Origin: a bacterium
GTDB lineage: Bacteria > Elusimicrobiota > Elusimicrobia > UBA1565 > UBA9628
Assembly: GCA_021846045.1 (NCBI GenBank)
Contig: JAJZCM010000004.1
Coordinates: 1,244 to 65,243 of the forward strand
Direction: 5' to 3'
DNA: 64,000 nt
A program made the position numbers and the translations under genes. Each line of letters begins with the position of its first letter. The first letter of the stretch is position 1. Shown one piece after another: positions 48,030 to 58,262 of this stretch. Under the pieces are notes generated by a model. That model was not told the DNA's origin. It saw only the letters and a list, made by a program, of their open reading frames with translations, and ran no database searches.

Positions 48030-49667
48030 TTAGCGGGCGCTCGGGCCTCCATCGATAAAGAGAAAGGAAACAGGGAACCCATAGCGGCGGCTTAAAATGG
48101 GGGCCTGTTGTTTTAGGAACTCCATCAGCTCTTTCTGGCGGCGCAGTCTTTCGGCTTGTTGGCCATGGCTTCTTTCCCCATTTTGCGAGATGCCTAGATC
48201 CATCGCGAAAACGACATTGAGAGGGGCGCCGGTTTCTTTTTCAAGGAGGGCTTGGTTTTTCTTGTAGGTTTCAAGTTTATAGAGGACTTTCCCTTCCAGG
48301 ACGTGTTCCTTGGCTAAAAGAACGCGGGAGGATTTCGCTTCCACGAGATAGGTCGTTCCTTCCGGGCTTTTGACAAGAGCGTCGATCTCGGTGGTATAGC
48401 GGCCTTCGGGGTCGAACAGTTCGTGTCCGCTTTGGAGCACCTGATAACCCTCTTTATAATAGTGTTCGAGCGTTTTAAGCTCTAAAAGAAGCCCAGTGTA
48501 GCGGCTGTAGATCACGCCTTCTGATATTTTCTGCAGCGAATCCTTATCGTAATTGGCGGTTAGCTCATTGAGGGCTTTACGCATATCTGGGGCGTTTTTT
48601 GGAATTTGAGCGATGTCGTCCAAGTAAACAAAGCGGAAGCGGTTGCCATAAGATTTATTAAGCCGCGCTTCTTCGAGCTTTAAGAAATTTTTAATCTCCT
48701 GATATCCCCGGGCGTCAAAACCCAAGACGACCCGATCTAAAGGGCCAAATTGCCGTTCCGCCTTTCCACCTTTTTTGAATTCCGTCTCGACCTCTTTGAT
48801 GTAGGAGGAAACGCGGCGAATCCCTTCTTCGATCTCGGATTTGGGATTGGGCGAAGGGTGAAAAAAGACCCGATGAGTGTAGATTGCGGTTCTCTGCCCA
48901 TCGATGCGGGTGATGGCGTCCAGCCAGGTTAAAGTCTCATCCATGTGTTCGTTGATTTTTTCGAGAGGATGTTGGGGCGCTACGTGTTCGATAATTTTAA
49001 TCTTCGCCCAAACGTCCGCGTAAGAATCGTCCATGACCCCTAGGCTCTCGCGGAGATCCATTTTTCCTTGATAGAGGTTGACCAGGTGATGCACTTCCTG
49101 GTAGTACTGCGCCGCTTTTCCGGAAATCCGCACGCCGTCATCGTTGACGACAAAAGACGATTTTTCTTCAACGGGATTGGGCAATTGCGCTTCTTGAGAA
49201 GGGCGAATGCTCCCGTCAAATAAAGGAGAAGAGGATAAATCTTCCGGCCGTTCCGATTTTAGGGGCGTGAAACGACTGGAATCCGCGCCAAGCATGTGTT
49301 TGATCTGGCGGGAAATTTTCTTTGTGGACTCCTTGATGGCTTTAGGAAAATTCTTGACGGAAGACTTTTGAGCGGTTTTTTCCTCTTCAATCCGAGGGCT
49401 TGTTTCTTCCCTTAGAAGAGAGCGCGGAATTTGAACTCCATCGGGAGAAAGCGCTCTGTCAAGGTTTAGAGAATCTTCCAGCGATATCGGAAGATTAGGA
49501 TTTACGGGAGATTCAATCGAGAGAGCCGGAATTTCTGGGGGTAAAGATTCTTGGGAATGGATGGCCTCGCCTTGAGATTTACCGACGATGAAAATGAGTG
49601 ATAAAAGAGTGAAGCCGGCCAAGGAATTTGTTTTGATTTTTTGGGAGCGACGCTTTTGTGTTTTCAT
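48030..49667 (-). CDS. Signal-peptide protein with C-terminal PD-(D/E)xK nuclease-like domain
   Basis: LELKTLEHY..GYQV..TEIDALV..TYLVEAKS; hydrophobic N-terminus. Confidence 0.72.
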   Translation of the reverse strand: MKTQKRRSQKIKTNSLAGFTLLSLIFIVGKSQGEAIHSQESLPPEIPALSIESPVNPNLPISLEDSLNLDRALSPDGVQIPRSLLREETSPRIEEEKTAQKSSVKNFPKAIKESTKKISRQIKHMLGADSSRFTPLKSERPEDLSSSPLFDGSIRPSQEAQLPNPVEEKSSFVVNDDGVRISGKAAQYYQEVHHLVNLYQGKMDLRESLGVMDDSYADVWAKIKIIEHVAPQHPLEKINEHMDETLTWLDAITRIDGQRTAIYTHRVFFHPSPNPKSEIEEGIRRVSSYIKEVETEFKKGGKAERQFGPLDRVVLGFDARGYQEIKNFLKLEEARLNKSYGNRFRFVYLDDIAQIPKNAPDMRKALNELTANYDKDSLQKISEGVIYSRYTGLLLELKTLEHYYKEGYQVLQSGHELFDPEGRYTTEIDALVKSPEGTTYLVEAKSSRVLLAKEHVLEGKVLYKLETYKKNQALLEKETGAPLNVVFAMDLGISQNGERSHGQQAERLRRQKELMEFLKQQAPILSRRYGFPVSFLFIDGGPSAR

Positions 49668-49821
49668 GTAACTGTTGTAACATTCCTGGCGCATGAGCGT
49701 ATGGGTCTAAAGGCCCAGAAGGTTTCCGGCAAAAGGCCCAGTAGGGTGATATTTTAAAAGAGCGGAAAAAAGAGTTATAGTATGAATAAAGGCTGACATT
49801 CAAACGATAGATGGAGTTCCA

Positions 49822-51690
49822 ATGACAATTCAATCTAAGGACGCGCCCCGAACCCAGACAAAACCCGTAGAAGAACTTGAATCCGTGACTATTCGCTTCG
49901 CCGGGGATTCCGGTGATGGTATTCAATTGACGGGCATGCAATTTACGACCTCGACCGCTCTTGCGGGAAACGATTTGTCGACGCTGCCGGATTATCCCGC
50001 GGAAATTCGCGCTCCCGTCGGAACTCTCCCCGGCGTTTCGGGGTATCAGATTCATTTCAGTTCCCGCGAAGTGCTAACCCCGGGGGACGCTCCCGATGTT
50101 TTGGTGGCGATGAACCCGGCGGCCTTGAAAGCGAACGTCAAGGACCTTAAAAAAGGCGGGATTTTAATCGCGAACGTGGATTCGTTTACGCCTCAAAATT
50201 TGACAAAGGTCAGCTACGAGAAAAATCCGCTTGAGGACGGATCGCTATCGGACTTTCGCGTCATCAAGGTTGACTTGTCTCGACTGACGGGAAATTCTTT
50301 GAGCGGCTTGGCCTTGACCAAGGTCCAAGTTGAGCGCTGTAAAAACTTTTTTGCGTTGGGAATGATGTATTGGCTTTACGATCGCCCGATGGAAGGAACG
50401 CTTAAATGGATTGAGGCTAAATTTAAAAAGACGCCCCTTCTCATCGACGCGAATAAAAAGGCCCTTTTAGCCGGGAACGCTTACGCCGAGACAGCTGAGA
50501 TCTTTGGATACCACTACCGGGTTAGAAAAGCCTCCTTGGCGCCGGGGCTTTACCGCAACATTACCGGAAATGAGGCGACGGCCTTGGGCTTTATCGCGGC
50601 GGCGCAGGCCTCGGGGTTGGGGTTGTGGTACGGTTCGTACCCGATTACTCCGGCTTCCGACGTTTTGCACGAGCTTTCCAAACATAAGGTTTTTGGCGTT
50701 AAGACCTTTCAAGCGGAGGACGAGATTGCCGCCATTGGATCAGCGATTGGCGCGTCGTTTGGCGGGCATTTGGCGGTGACTGGAACAAGCGGCCCGGGAA
50801 TCGCCCTTAAATCCGAGGCGATAGGCCTTGCGGTTATGACGGAGTTGCCGGTGGTTATCCTTGATGTTCAGCGTGGCGGCCCCTCGACCGGTCTTCCAAC
50901 CAAAACCGAACAAGCGGATCTTTTGCAATGCCTTTACGGACGGAACGGCGAAAGCCCTGCGCCCGTCATCGCGGCGTCTACGCCGTCGGATTGCTTTGAT
51001 GCGGCGCTGGAAGCCTGCCGAATCGCGATCAAATATATGACGCCCGTCTTTCTTTTGACCGACGGCTATTTGGCTAACGGGTCCGAGCCGTGGAAAATTC
51101 CAAGCGTTTCCGACATCAAGAAATTCGTGATGGCGACGCTTCCTTCCGTGGATCAGTTTAAACCGTATCTGAGAGACGAGAAAACCTTGGCCCGGCCTTG
51201 GGCCTCTCCGGGACTAGCGGGTTATGAGCACAGAATCGGTGGAATTGAAAAGCAGGAGATCACCGGCAATGTCAGCTACGATCCGGAAAACCATGAGAAA
51301 ATGGTCCGCTTGCGGGCGGCCAAGGTCAATAAAATTAGCCAGGAAATTCCCCCAACGCAAGTTCTAGGCCCTACTAAAGGAAAGGTTTTGGTCATCGGAT
51401 GGGGAAGCACTTACGGCGCAATTTCCGCCGCCGTTAAGAATTTGCAGAATAAGAAAGAATCGGTATCGGCGATTCATTTGCGCTATTTGAATCCGCTTCC
51501 TTCCGATTTGGGAGATTTGTTGGCAGGCTTTGAAAAGATCGTGGTTGCGGAGATGAATTTGGGGCAACTCCTCAAAGTCATTCGCGCGAAATTCGCCATT
51601 CCGGCGATTGGGTTTAATAAGGTCAAGGGCCAGCCCTTTAAAATAGCGGAAATCGAGAGCTTCGTTGAGACGGTTTTGAGAGGATCATAA
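49822..51690 (+). CDS. korA: 2-oxoacid:ferredoxin oxidoreductase alpha subunit (fused gamma-alpha)
   Basis: FAGDSGDGIQLTG, YPITPASD, QAEDEIAA, DVQRGGPSTGLPT; sucCD context suggests 2-oxoglutarate. Confidence 0.92.
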   Translation: MTIQSKDAPRTQTKPVEELESVTIRFAGDSGDGIQLTGMQFTTSTALAGNDLSTLPDYPAEIRAPVGTLPGVSGYQIHFSSREVLTPGDAPDVLVAMNPAALKANVKDLKKGGILIANVDSFTPQNLTKVSYEKNPLEDGSLSDFRVIKVDLSRLTGNSLSGLALTKVQVERCKNFFALGMMYWLYDRPMEGTLKWIEAKFKKTPLLIDANKKALLAGNAYAETAEIFGYHYRVRKASLAPGLYRNITGNEATALGFIAAAQASGLGLWYGSYPITPASDVLHELSKHKVFGVKTFQAEDEIAAIGSAIGASFGGHLAVTGTSGPGIALKSEAIGLAVMTELPVVILDVQRGGPSTGLPTKTEQADLLQCLYGRNGESPAPVIAASTPSDCFDAALEACRIAIKYMTPVFLLTDGYLANGSEPWKIPSVSDIKKFVMATLPSVDQFKPYLRDEKTLARPWASPGLAGYEHRIGGIEKQEITGNVSYDPENHEKMVRLRAAKVNKISQEIPPTQVLGPTKGKVLVIGWGSTYGAISAAVKNLQNKKESVSAIHLRYLNPLPSDLGDLLAGFEKIVVAEMNLGQLLKVIRAKFAIPAIGFNKVKGQPFKIAEIESFVETVLRGS

Positions 51691-52728
51691 ATGGAAAACC
51701 ACAAGGAAATCGAAAATCTTCCGGCTTCGGGACCGGTTCTGTCCCGCAAGGACTTTGTCTCCGATCAGATGGTGCGTTGGTGCCCCGGCTGCGGAGACTT
51801 CGCGATTTTGGCCACTGTTCAAAAGCTGATGCCGGCCTTGGGCATCCCGCGCGAAAAAATCGTCTTTGTCTCGGGAATCGGATGTTCATCCCGATTTCCC
51901 TACTACATGAACACCTATGGATTTCACTCAATTCACGGCCGCGCCCCAACGGTGGCGACCGGGCTCAAGTGCGCCCGGCCTGATTTGATGGTTTGGGTCG
52001 TCACCGGCGACGGGGACGGGCTTTCCATTGGCGGCAATCACCTCGTTCATGCCTTAAGACGCAATGCCGATATTAAGATTCTCCTGTTCAATAACCGCAT
52101 TTACGGCTTGACCAAGGGGCAGTTGTCTCCAACTTCCGAGATGGGGAAAAAAACCAAATCGACCCCTTATGGCTCGATTGATTATCCGCTTAATCCAGTT
52201 GCCGTCGCCCTCGCGTCCGAAGCCACGTTCGTGGCCCGGGCCGTGGATACGGATTTAAATGCCTTGTCCCAGGTTTTGGATAAGGCCGCCAAGCATAAGG
52301 GTTCCGCCTTAATTGAGATTTTCCAGAACTGCATCGTCTTTAACGATGGAGCGTGGGCGGAAGTCTCAGACAAAAGCCTGCAAAGCGAGGCGACCTTGGT
52401 TTTGGAGCACGGCAAGCCGCTGGTATTTGGAAAAAATAAAAATAAAGGTATTCGCCTGAAGAATTGGAATTTGGAAGTCGTGGAATTTGAACCCGGAAAC
52501 GTGCCCGCCGATGTTTTGATTCATGACGAGACCTCGGCTCCCTTGGCTTATCTTTTGTCCCATATGGATCGTCCGAACTTTCCGGTTCCCCAAGGGGTGT
52601 TTCGCAATGTTTCCCGCCCGATTCTCCATGAGATGATGGAGGCTCAGGTTGCCGAGGCGAAAAAATCATCCTCTGCGGATTTAGAAAAGCTGCTCAAGGG
52701 ATCCGAAACTTGGACTGTGGCGGCTTAG
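51691..52728 (+). CDS. korB: 2-oxoacid:ferredoxin oxidoreductase beta subunit
   Basis: WCPGCGD, SGIGCSSR, TPP motif GDGDGLSIGGNH..NN. Confidence 0.93.
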   Translation: MENHKEIENLPASGPVLSRKDFVSDQMVRWCPGCGDFAILATVQKLMPALGIPREKIVFVSGIGCSSRFPYYMNTYGFHSIHGRAPTVATGLKCARPDLMVWVVTGDGDGLSIGGNHLVHALRRNADIKILLFNNRIYGLTKGQLSPTSEMGKKTKSTPYGSIDYPLNPVAVALASEATFVARAVDTDLNALSQVLDKAAKHKGSALIEIFQNCIVFNDGAWAEVSDKSLQSEATLVLEHGKPLVFGKNKNKGIRLKNWNLEVVEFEPGNVPADVLIHDETSAPLAYLLSHMDRPNFPVPQGVFRNVSRPILHEMMEAQVAEAKKSSSADLEKLLKGSETWTVAA

Positions 52729-52737
52729 GAGAAAACC

Positions 52738-53904
52738 ATGAAACTATTGGAATATGAAGGAAAAGAACTCTTGAGAGCAGTCCAGGTGCCGCTCCCGGAA
52801 TTTGGAGGCGTCATTGATAAGCCGGCGCAGGTTAATTCCATTTTAAAGCGGTTGAAGAAAGGTCCCTGGGTTTTAAAGGCCCAGGTTTTAGCCGGAGGCC
52901 GCGGCAAGGCCGGTGGAGTTAAATTGGCCAAAACCCCGGCCGAGGCCCGCGCTTTTGCCAAAGCGATGATTGGAATGAAGATGGCAACTCATCAGACCCA
53001 TGGCCAAACGCTCAAGGTCGAGCAGGTTTTGGTTGAACAGGGCGTAAAAATTGAAAAAGAATTCTATTTTTCCGTTGCCATCGATAGAAAAATAGGCTCC
53101 CCGGTTCTGATTGTCTCTTCCCAAGGTGGAATGGAAATCGAGACCTTGGCCTCGGAACATCCGGAAGAGATCATCAAAAAGCCCGTGGATTCGGTTTACG
53201 GGCTTTTGCCTTTCGCGGCGAGAGCCCTGGCCTTTGAGCTGGGAGTTCCGGCGGAATATGTTTCTTCCTTTACCAAGACTGCAATGACCTTGGTTAAACT
53301 CTTCATCAATAAAGACATGAGTTTGCTCGAAATTAACCCCTTGGTCTTGACCCCGAAGGGTTTTGTGGCCTTGGACGCCAAAATCGTGACCGACGATAAC
53401 GCCTTATTTCGCCACGCGGATTTCGCCTCAAGAGTCGACATCGAATCTTCTCCCGCTGAGAAAGAAGCCAAAAAGCACGACATTTCCTATGTCGGGCTTG
53501 ATGGAAACATCGGATGCATGGTCAACGGCGCGGGGCTAGCCATGGGGACGATGGACACCATCGCCTTGGCCGGAGGCAGTCCGGCGAATTTCTTGGACGT
53601 GGGTGGCGCTGCCAATCAGGAACGGGTTGAGCGGGCTTTCAAAATCATTCTTAAGGACCCGAAGGTCAAAACGATCTTAGTCAATATCTTCGGCGGCATT
53701 GTCCGCTGCGACATGATCGCCGAAGGCATTTTGGCCGCGCTCAAAAAAATGAAGCTGAAGGTTCCCTTGGTTGTTCGTCTGGAAGGAACTAACTCCGACA
53801 AGGGCCGGGAAATTTTAGACCGTTCGGGAACCCGCTTGATCACAGCTTCCAGTCTCTGGGATGCCGCGCAAAAAAGTGTTCAAGCCGCAGGGGGGAAAAT
53901 CTAA
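52738..53904 (+). CDS. sucC: Succinyl-CoA synthetase beta subunit
   Basis: KAQVLAGGRGKAGG, EINPL, GCMVNGAGLAM, NFLDVGG, NIFGGI. Confidence 0.97.
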   Translation: MKLLEYEGKELLRAVQVPLPEFGGVIDKPAQVNSILKRLKKGPWVLKAQVLAGGRGKAGGVKLAKTPAEARAFAKAMIGMKMATHQTHGQTLKVEQVLVEQGVKIEKEFYFSVAIDRKIGSPVLIVSSQGGMEIETLASEHPEEIIKKPVDSVYGLLPFAARALAFELGVPAEYVSSFTKTAMTLVKLFINKDMSLLEINPLVLTPKGFVALDAKIVTDDNALFRHADFASRVDIESSPAEKEAKKHDISYVGLDGNIGCMVNGAGLAMGTMDTIALAGGSPANFLDVGGAANQERVERAFKIILKDPKVKTILVNIFGGIVRCDMIAEGILAALKKMKLKVPLVVRLEGTNSDKGREILDRSGTRLITASSLWDAAQKSVQAAGGKI

Positions 53905-53971
53905 TGCCTATTTCTATGAAATACGAGGGCGGCATTGTCCCGTCCTTAAAATCTTGTGAGGAGAGGGACTA

Positions 53972-54859
53972 ATGAGCATTCTGTTAAATAAGGATTCTCG
54001 CATCATCGTTCAAGGCTTTACGGGATCGGCGGGCTCTTTTCATGCGGAAAAGTGCATGGAATACGGCTCTCAAATTGTAGGGGGAGTCACTCCCGGACGC
54101 GGCGGCGCGACTCATTTAGACCGCCCGGTGTTTAATACGGTGGAGGAGGCGGTTAAAAAGACCGGGGCGAATGTCTCCCTAATTTTTGTTCCCGCGCCTG
54201 GCGCGGCTGATTCCGTCATGGAGGCGGGAAAAGCCGGCATTCCTCTTATCATTTGCATTACCGAAGGAATTCCCGTTTTGGACATGGCCAAGGCCAAGCA
54301 GTTCTTAAAAATTTATGCTCCGCAGACCAGGCTTATAGGCCCCAATTGCCCCGGGGTCATTACTCCCGAGGAGTCTAAGGCTGGCATCATGCCAGGCTAT
54401 ATTCATAAGAAAGGCCCCATTGGGATCATCTCTCGTTCGGGAACCCTGACTTACGAGGCAGTGCATCAATTGAGTCAAAAAGGGCTCGGGCAGTCGACAG
54501 TAGTCGGAATCGGTGGCGATCCGATCCCGGGGTCAAATTTCGTGGACATTTTGGATTTGTTTGAGCGCGATCCTCAAACGGAAGCGATGGTCATGATCGG
54601 GGAAATCGGGGGCTCGGCTGAGGAAGATGCGGCAGCTTTTTACAAAGCTCACATGAAAAAGCCTCTCTTTATTTTCATCGCTGGAAAAAGCGCTCCTCCG
54701 GGACGGCGAATGGGGCATGCCGGGGCCATTGTTGAGGGCTCCTCCGGTACCCATGCCTCCAAAATCGAGGCTTTGAAAAGCGCTGGCGCGGTCGTGATCG
54801 AGAATTTAAGCGATATCGGCGCAACGGTCGCCCGGAATTTCAAACCCGTCGCGGTTTAA
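53972..54859 (+). CDS. sucD: Succinyl-CoA synthetase alpha subunit
   Basis: [29 protein letters not shown]. Confidence 0.97.
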   Translation: MSILLNKDSRIIVQGFTGSAGSFHAEKCMEYGSQIVGGVTPGRGGATHLDRPVFNTVEEAVKKTGANVSLIFVPAPGAADSVMEAGKAGIPLIICITEGIPVLDMAKAKQFLKIYAPQTRLIGPNCPGVITPEESKAGIMPGYIHKKGPIGIISRSGTLTYEAVHQLSQKGLGQSTVVGIGGDPIPGSNFVDILDLFERDPQTEAMVMIGEIGGSAEEDAAAFYKAHMKKPLFIFIAGKSAPPGRRMGHAGAIVEGSSGTHASKIEALKSAGAVVIENLSDIGATVARNFKPVAV

Positions 54860-54874
54860 AGATAAGATTCCTTA

Positions 54875-54897
54875 AAAAAGGGGACAGTCCCCTTTTT
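54875..54897. terminator. Perfect palindrome AAAAAGGGGAC-A-GTCCCCTTTTT, probable bidirectional terminator and dispersed repeat
   Basis: Just after sucD; a similar copy at 62562-62582. Confidence 0.7.
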
Positions 54898-55011
54898 ATT
54901 TCCTCGCTTACAAACCAGTCTATAGTTTGGGATACATATGGTTGGGAAACATGCTAATGTTTAGGCGTGAAACTCGATGGCCGCACCCTCAGCCACGAGA
55001 CGTCCGAGGAA

Positions 55012-55624
55012 TGAGGCGCTCCCAGTTCTTCGGACCACGGTTGACCTGATTTGAGCTGGTCTTTGCCGTTGTCGTTTGAAGATAAGAAGAAAGTCATCGT
55101 AGGCCGTTCCTCTTTCTTTTTTGCTTCTTTTTTTCTGTGAATTGCTGTGGACAACTTCTCAACGGCGTCCCCAGCCATGCCTCAACTCTCACGACCTTCT
55201 TCCCTGCCAGTATGCACAAGCCGGCGTTTGATAGTCCAGCGATTGATGCAACCGCCCGACGAAGATATTGTCGAGAAACCGGCCCCGACCGTCCATGCTG
55301 ATTCGGACCCCGGCATTCTCCAGCCGCCCGAGGTAGTCCTCGCTCGTAAAGATCCGCCTCAAGCGCATCGTCGGAACTCCGGCCTGTCATCGGGGCCGAA
55401 AACACGCCAGGCAATCCTTCCAGAGCCTGCTTTTTCCACCGCGTAATCGCCGTCGGATGAACCTCGTAGCGGGTTGAGCGTCCGGTCTTCCCTCAACGCA
55501 GACACCACCACGCGGGCTTTGAAGTCCGCACTATACTGTTTCTGCAGTTTTCGCATCTTTTTGCTCCCCATTTAAGGTCATTTTACCACCTCAGCCCCTG
55601 GTCCGAATTTTTGGGAGCGCCTCA
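55012..55624 (-). mobile_element. IS3-family remnant, internally deleted (copy A)
   Basis: TG..CA ends with inverted repeats TGAGGCGCTCCCA-N4-TTCGGACCA; OrfA YSADFKARVV, HPTAITRWKKQ; OrfB pieces ISMDGRGRFLDNIFV and HQSLDYQTP. Confidence 0.88.
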
Positions 55625-55747
55625 GTCTTTGGGCCAGTGGCTCAGGTTGGTCAAGGTTCCGCTCTTGACCTTGCCGTGCTCCCGATAGGACTCGCGCAGG
55701 AGGACGGCGGGGGGCGAATTTCGATTGGGTATCGTGTGTATGAACAT
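55625..55747 (-). pseudogene. IS1634-family transposase N-terminal fragment cut by IS3 copy A
   Basis: MFIHTIPNRNSPPAVLLRESYREHGKVKSGTLTNLSHWPKD, then TGA supplied by the IS3 end; possible element end GGGGAACTTCAGCTTAA at 55882-55898. Confidence 0.75.
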
Positions 55748-56004
55748 GCTTACTATAATGTGAATAATAAAGCGTATTTATAATATATAAATACGCGTAA
55801 AATGTAATTTGCATGCCTGCATTATGCGCATAAAAAAGATGGAATCTGCTGGCAGGATATAGGTTTTTAAGAAAAACGGGCGGGGAACTTCAGCTTAACG
55901 TTCACTATTTTCATTTGATCCTCCAAACCACGTCCTGTTTAGTTTATCATGAGACAGTGAGTTTGTCAGGGGTCTAAAGTCTTAGAAGAGTTCCGGCAAA
56001 GGAC

Positions 56005-57588
56005 CTAGTGTGGATGGAGCATTCTACGCGCGGCGGTTTGGTCGCCAATGGCGATGCTCAAGAATACGTTCTTAAGGTTTTTTTTCTCGCCATCTAAGGC
56101 TTTGAGCTTTTGTCCGTAAGCGGTCCAGGAGAAGAATTCCCGTGCGATTTTATTGGCCCAGCTTTTCCAGCGCGGCTCCGGTTGTAAAATAGAAGAGAGA
56201 CGATAGGGGACCATGATAAAATCTTCGACGTCCGTAAAAAGATGAGGCCTTATTTGAGAGCTCCCTTGCATTAAGCGGTCGGCTTCAGCGGACTTTTGAG
56301 GCCAATGATTGACGAGATCGGTCAAGGCTTTGGAATCGCTTAAGTTAAGGGCATTGAGCCTGTCGAAAAATTTTTGTCCGCGCTGAAGGTATTCCCCGCG
56401 TTCTTGATCGGTGACGGGGCATGCCGCGATGGCTTCTCTCAGTTGAGGCGATAGATTTTTTTCTTCTTTGAGAATGCGGCTGATTTCTCCTTCTAAAAAT
56501 GCCGCATTGATCCATCGGGAAGATTCCTTTTGGAGATTCCCCAATCTTCGGATGAATTCAAGCGTGATTTCTTTGGGATTTTGTCCTTTCAACGCAAATT
56601 CATCAAAAGCCGCGATGGCCTTTTCCGCGCGCGCGATGGTCTTTGATTGAACTTGAAAATCCCTTGGAAGGGAAATCCCTTTTTTTTGGACTTCGCTTAA
56701 AAGAGAAAAAAACGTTGCGGGGTCTTTAGCTTGTTGATTTGAAATTTTAATTCCCAACTCCTTGGCTAAAGCCAGAGCTTCTTCTTCGTTTAGACGCAAT
56801 TTCAGGTTTGAAACATCAAATTTCATTCCATAGGAAGGATAGGAGAGGGTTTTGTAGCCCAGATATCCTGTCACGACTAAAGGGGGAGCTCCCGGGATAT
56901 TTTCTCTTGCCATTTGACTCTGAAGGGCCGCGACAGCGGGCGAGTATCCGGATAAATTGGAAGCGCTCAAGCGGCTGTAAAAGTTTCCAGTCAAGGTCGT
57001 GTCCGGAGACTGGGGGGATGAACCTTGCCGCATTCTGCGGATGATGGCCTTAGACCCGCTGCCGCGTCCTTCAAAGAGATTGTTGAGTATTTCCACTCTC
57101 TCTTCGTTGGTCATGGTTTTGTCGGAAAGCATCGAGCGTTCTTGCTTGCTTGCTCGTTTAAGCCGGTAGTAGGCGTTGTGGACGGCGCCAGGATTGGGCT
57201 CTAATTGACTCAATTCCTGATTCATCCTGTTTTCAAAGTCATGGTTTCCGTTGGCGTCATCGGCCTCAAGCCCCAAGCCGATAATCGCGCCCGCTTGAGG
57301 ATTTTTTAAAAGCCAGGCCTCTATTTCCTTAGTCTTTTCGAGACTGTTTTTTGATAGAGAAATTCTGTCTCCGATGGAAGAATGAGCGATTCTTTCGGCT
57401 AGGGCTTTAGCGAGCTTCGGATTTGATTCGATAAGGCGTTCTTCTTCTCGAACTTTTTGAGTCAACTGCGCGTTGGTTTGGGAGCGCGCTTGAGAAATAA
57501 AAAAAAACAGTCCCATCGTGGCAAGGGCCGTAGAGGAGGCTTTAAAAGAAACTGAGATAGCGGTCTTCGTATTCCGGAAAAAGCCCAT
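56005..57588 (-). CDS. Hypothetical secreted protein (527 aa)
   Basis: Long ORF with signal-peptide-like N-terminus; alternative start ATG 57516. Confidence 0.75.
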   Translation of the reverse strand: MGFFRNTKTAISVSFKASSTALATMGLFFFISQARSQTNAQLTQKVREEERLIESNPKLAKALAERIAHSSIGDRISLSKNSLEKTKEIEAWLLKNPQAGAIIGLGLEADDANGNHDFENRMNQELSQLEPNPGAVHNAYYRLKRASKQERSMLSDKTMTNEERVEILNNLFEGRGSGSKAIIRRMRQGSSPQSPDTTLTGNFYSRLSASNLSGYSPAVAALQSQMARENIPGAPPLVVTGYLGYKTLSYPSYGMKFDVSNLKLRLNEEEALALAKELGIKISNQQAKDPATFFSLLSEVQKKGISLPRDFQVQSKTIARAEKAIAAFDEFALKGQNPKEITLEFIRRLGNLQKESSRWINAAFLEGEISRILKEEKNLSPQLREAIAACPVTDQERGEYLQRGQKFFDRLNALNLSDSKALTDLVNHWPQKSAEADRLMQGSSQIRPHLFTDVEDFIMVPYRLSSILQPEPRWKSWANKIAREFFSWTAYGQKLKALDGEKKNLKNVFLSIAIGDQTAARRMLHPH

Positions 57589-58216
57589 AATCTTTTAATT
57601 TCTTCCCTAGAACCGGCAAAATATCCTTATCTCCGGAGACGGCCTTTTCAAACAAAGACTCGATTTCCCTCCGATGGCCGTCTTCTTGGAATTTTTCCGG
57701 GTTAAACAGGCCGCGCCTTTCCATGTCGCGCAGATGAACGGGAAAAGACCGGGCCGATTCATCGAGAGTAAATTTCATCAAGGCCAATGACCAAGCCGCG
57801 TCCGGACATCTGATGACCGCTTGATTGGATAATTCACGTGATTTGATGTCCGCTTGAATTCGAGACGCGACCTCTTTGGGGGATTCGGAAACCACCTGAA
57901 CTGAAAACCCCTTGTTTTGAAACTGGTATTCAAGGGCTCTTAGAAATTCCCCATAGCTGGATTTAAGCCAATCGGCAAATTCGTTTGATTCGGGGCCGAA
58001 TCCCTCGAATCTCTCGGCCAAGGTCTGTGGAGTGATGATCCGGGGCTTATGGCTGACGACTTCCCCTTGCCTTAAGCGCGTTTTGTCTTTAAGGTCATCA
58101 ATGGGGGAGATAAGGTGGTATTCGATATGCGTGGATCCAAAGGTCGCTAAAGCCGCTTTCGGCGCTTCAAGAATGCGGGTGCGCTTTAAATAGTTGAAAA
58201 TAAGAGACTGGTCCAC
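57542..58216 (-). CDS. Conserved-looking hypothetical protein (224 aa)
   Basis: LATFGST..Y, FEGFG, FPEYEDR..FF; TGG-TATAAT 6 nt upstream of the GTG. Confidence 0.8.
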   Translation of the reverse strand: MDQSLIFNYLKRTRILEAPKAALATFGSTHIEYHLISPIDDLKDKTRLRQGEVVSHKPRIITPQTLAERFEGFGPESNEFADWLKSSYGEFLRALEYQFQNKGFSVQVVSESPKEVASRIQADIKSRELSNQAVIRCPDAAWSLALMKFTLDESARSFPVHLRDMERRGLFNPEKFQEDGHRREIESLFEKAVSGDKDILPVLGKKLKDYGLFPEYEDRYLSFF

Positions 58217-58262
58217 GCCTTTATTATACCAAAGGGGGACTTGCCGATTCTCGCCTGAAGTT

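Noticed and set aside
55135-55154. DnaA-box-like TTGTCCACA in the IS3 copy A 3' region
   Set aside because: A single mismatched box within IS-internal sequence; no cluster, DUE or dnaA context to suggest an origin.
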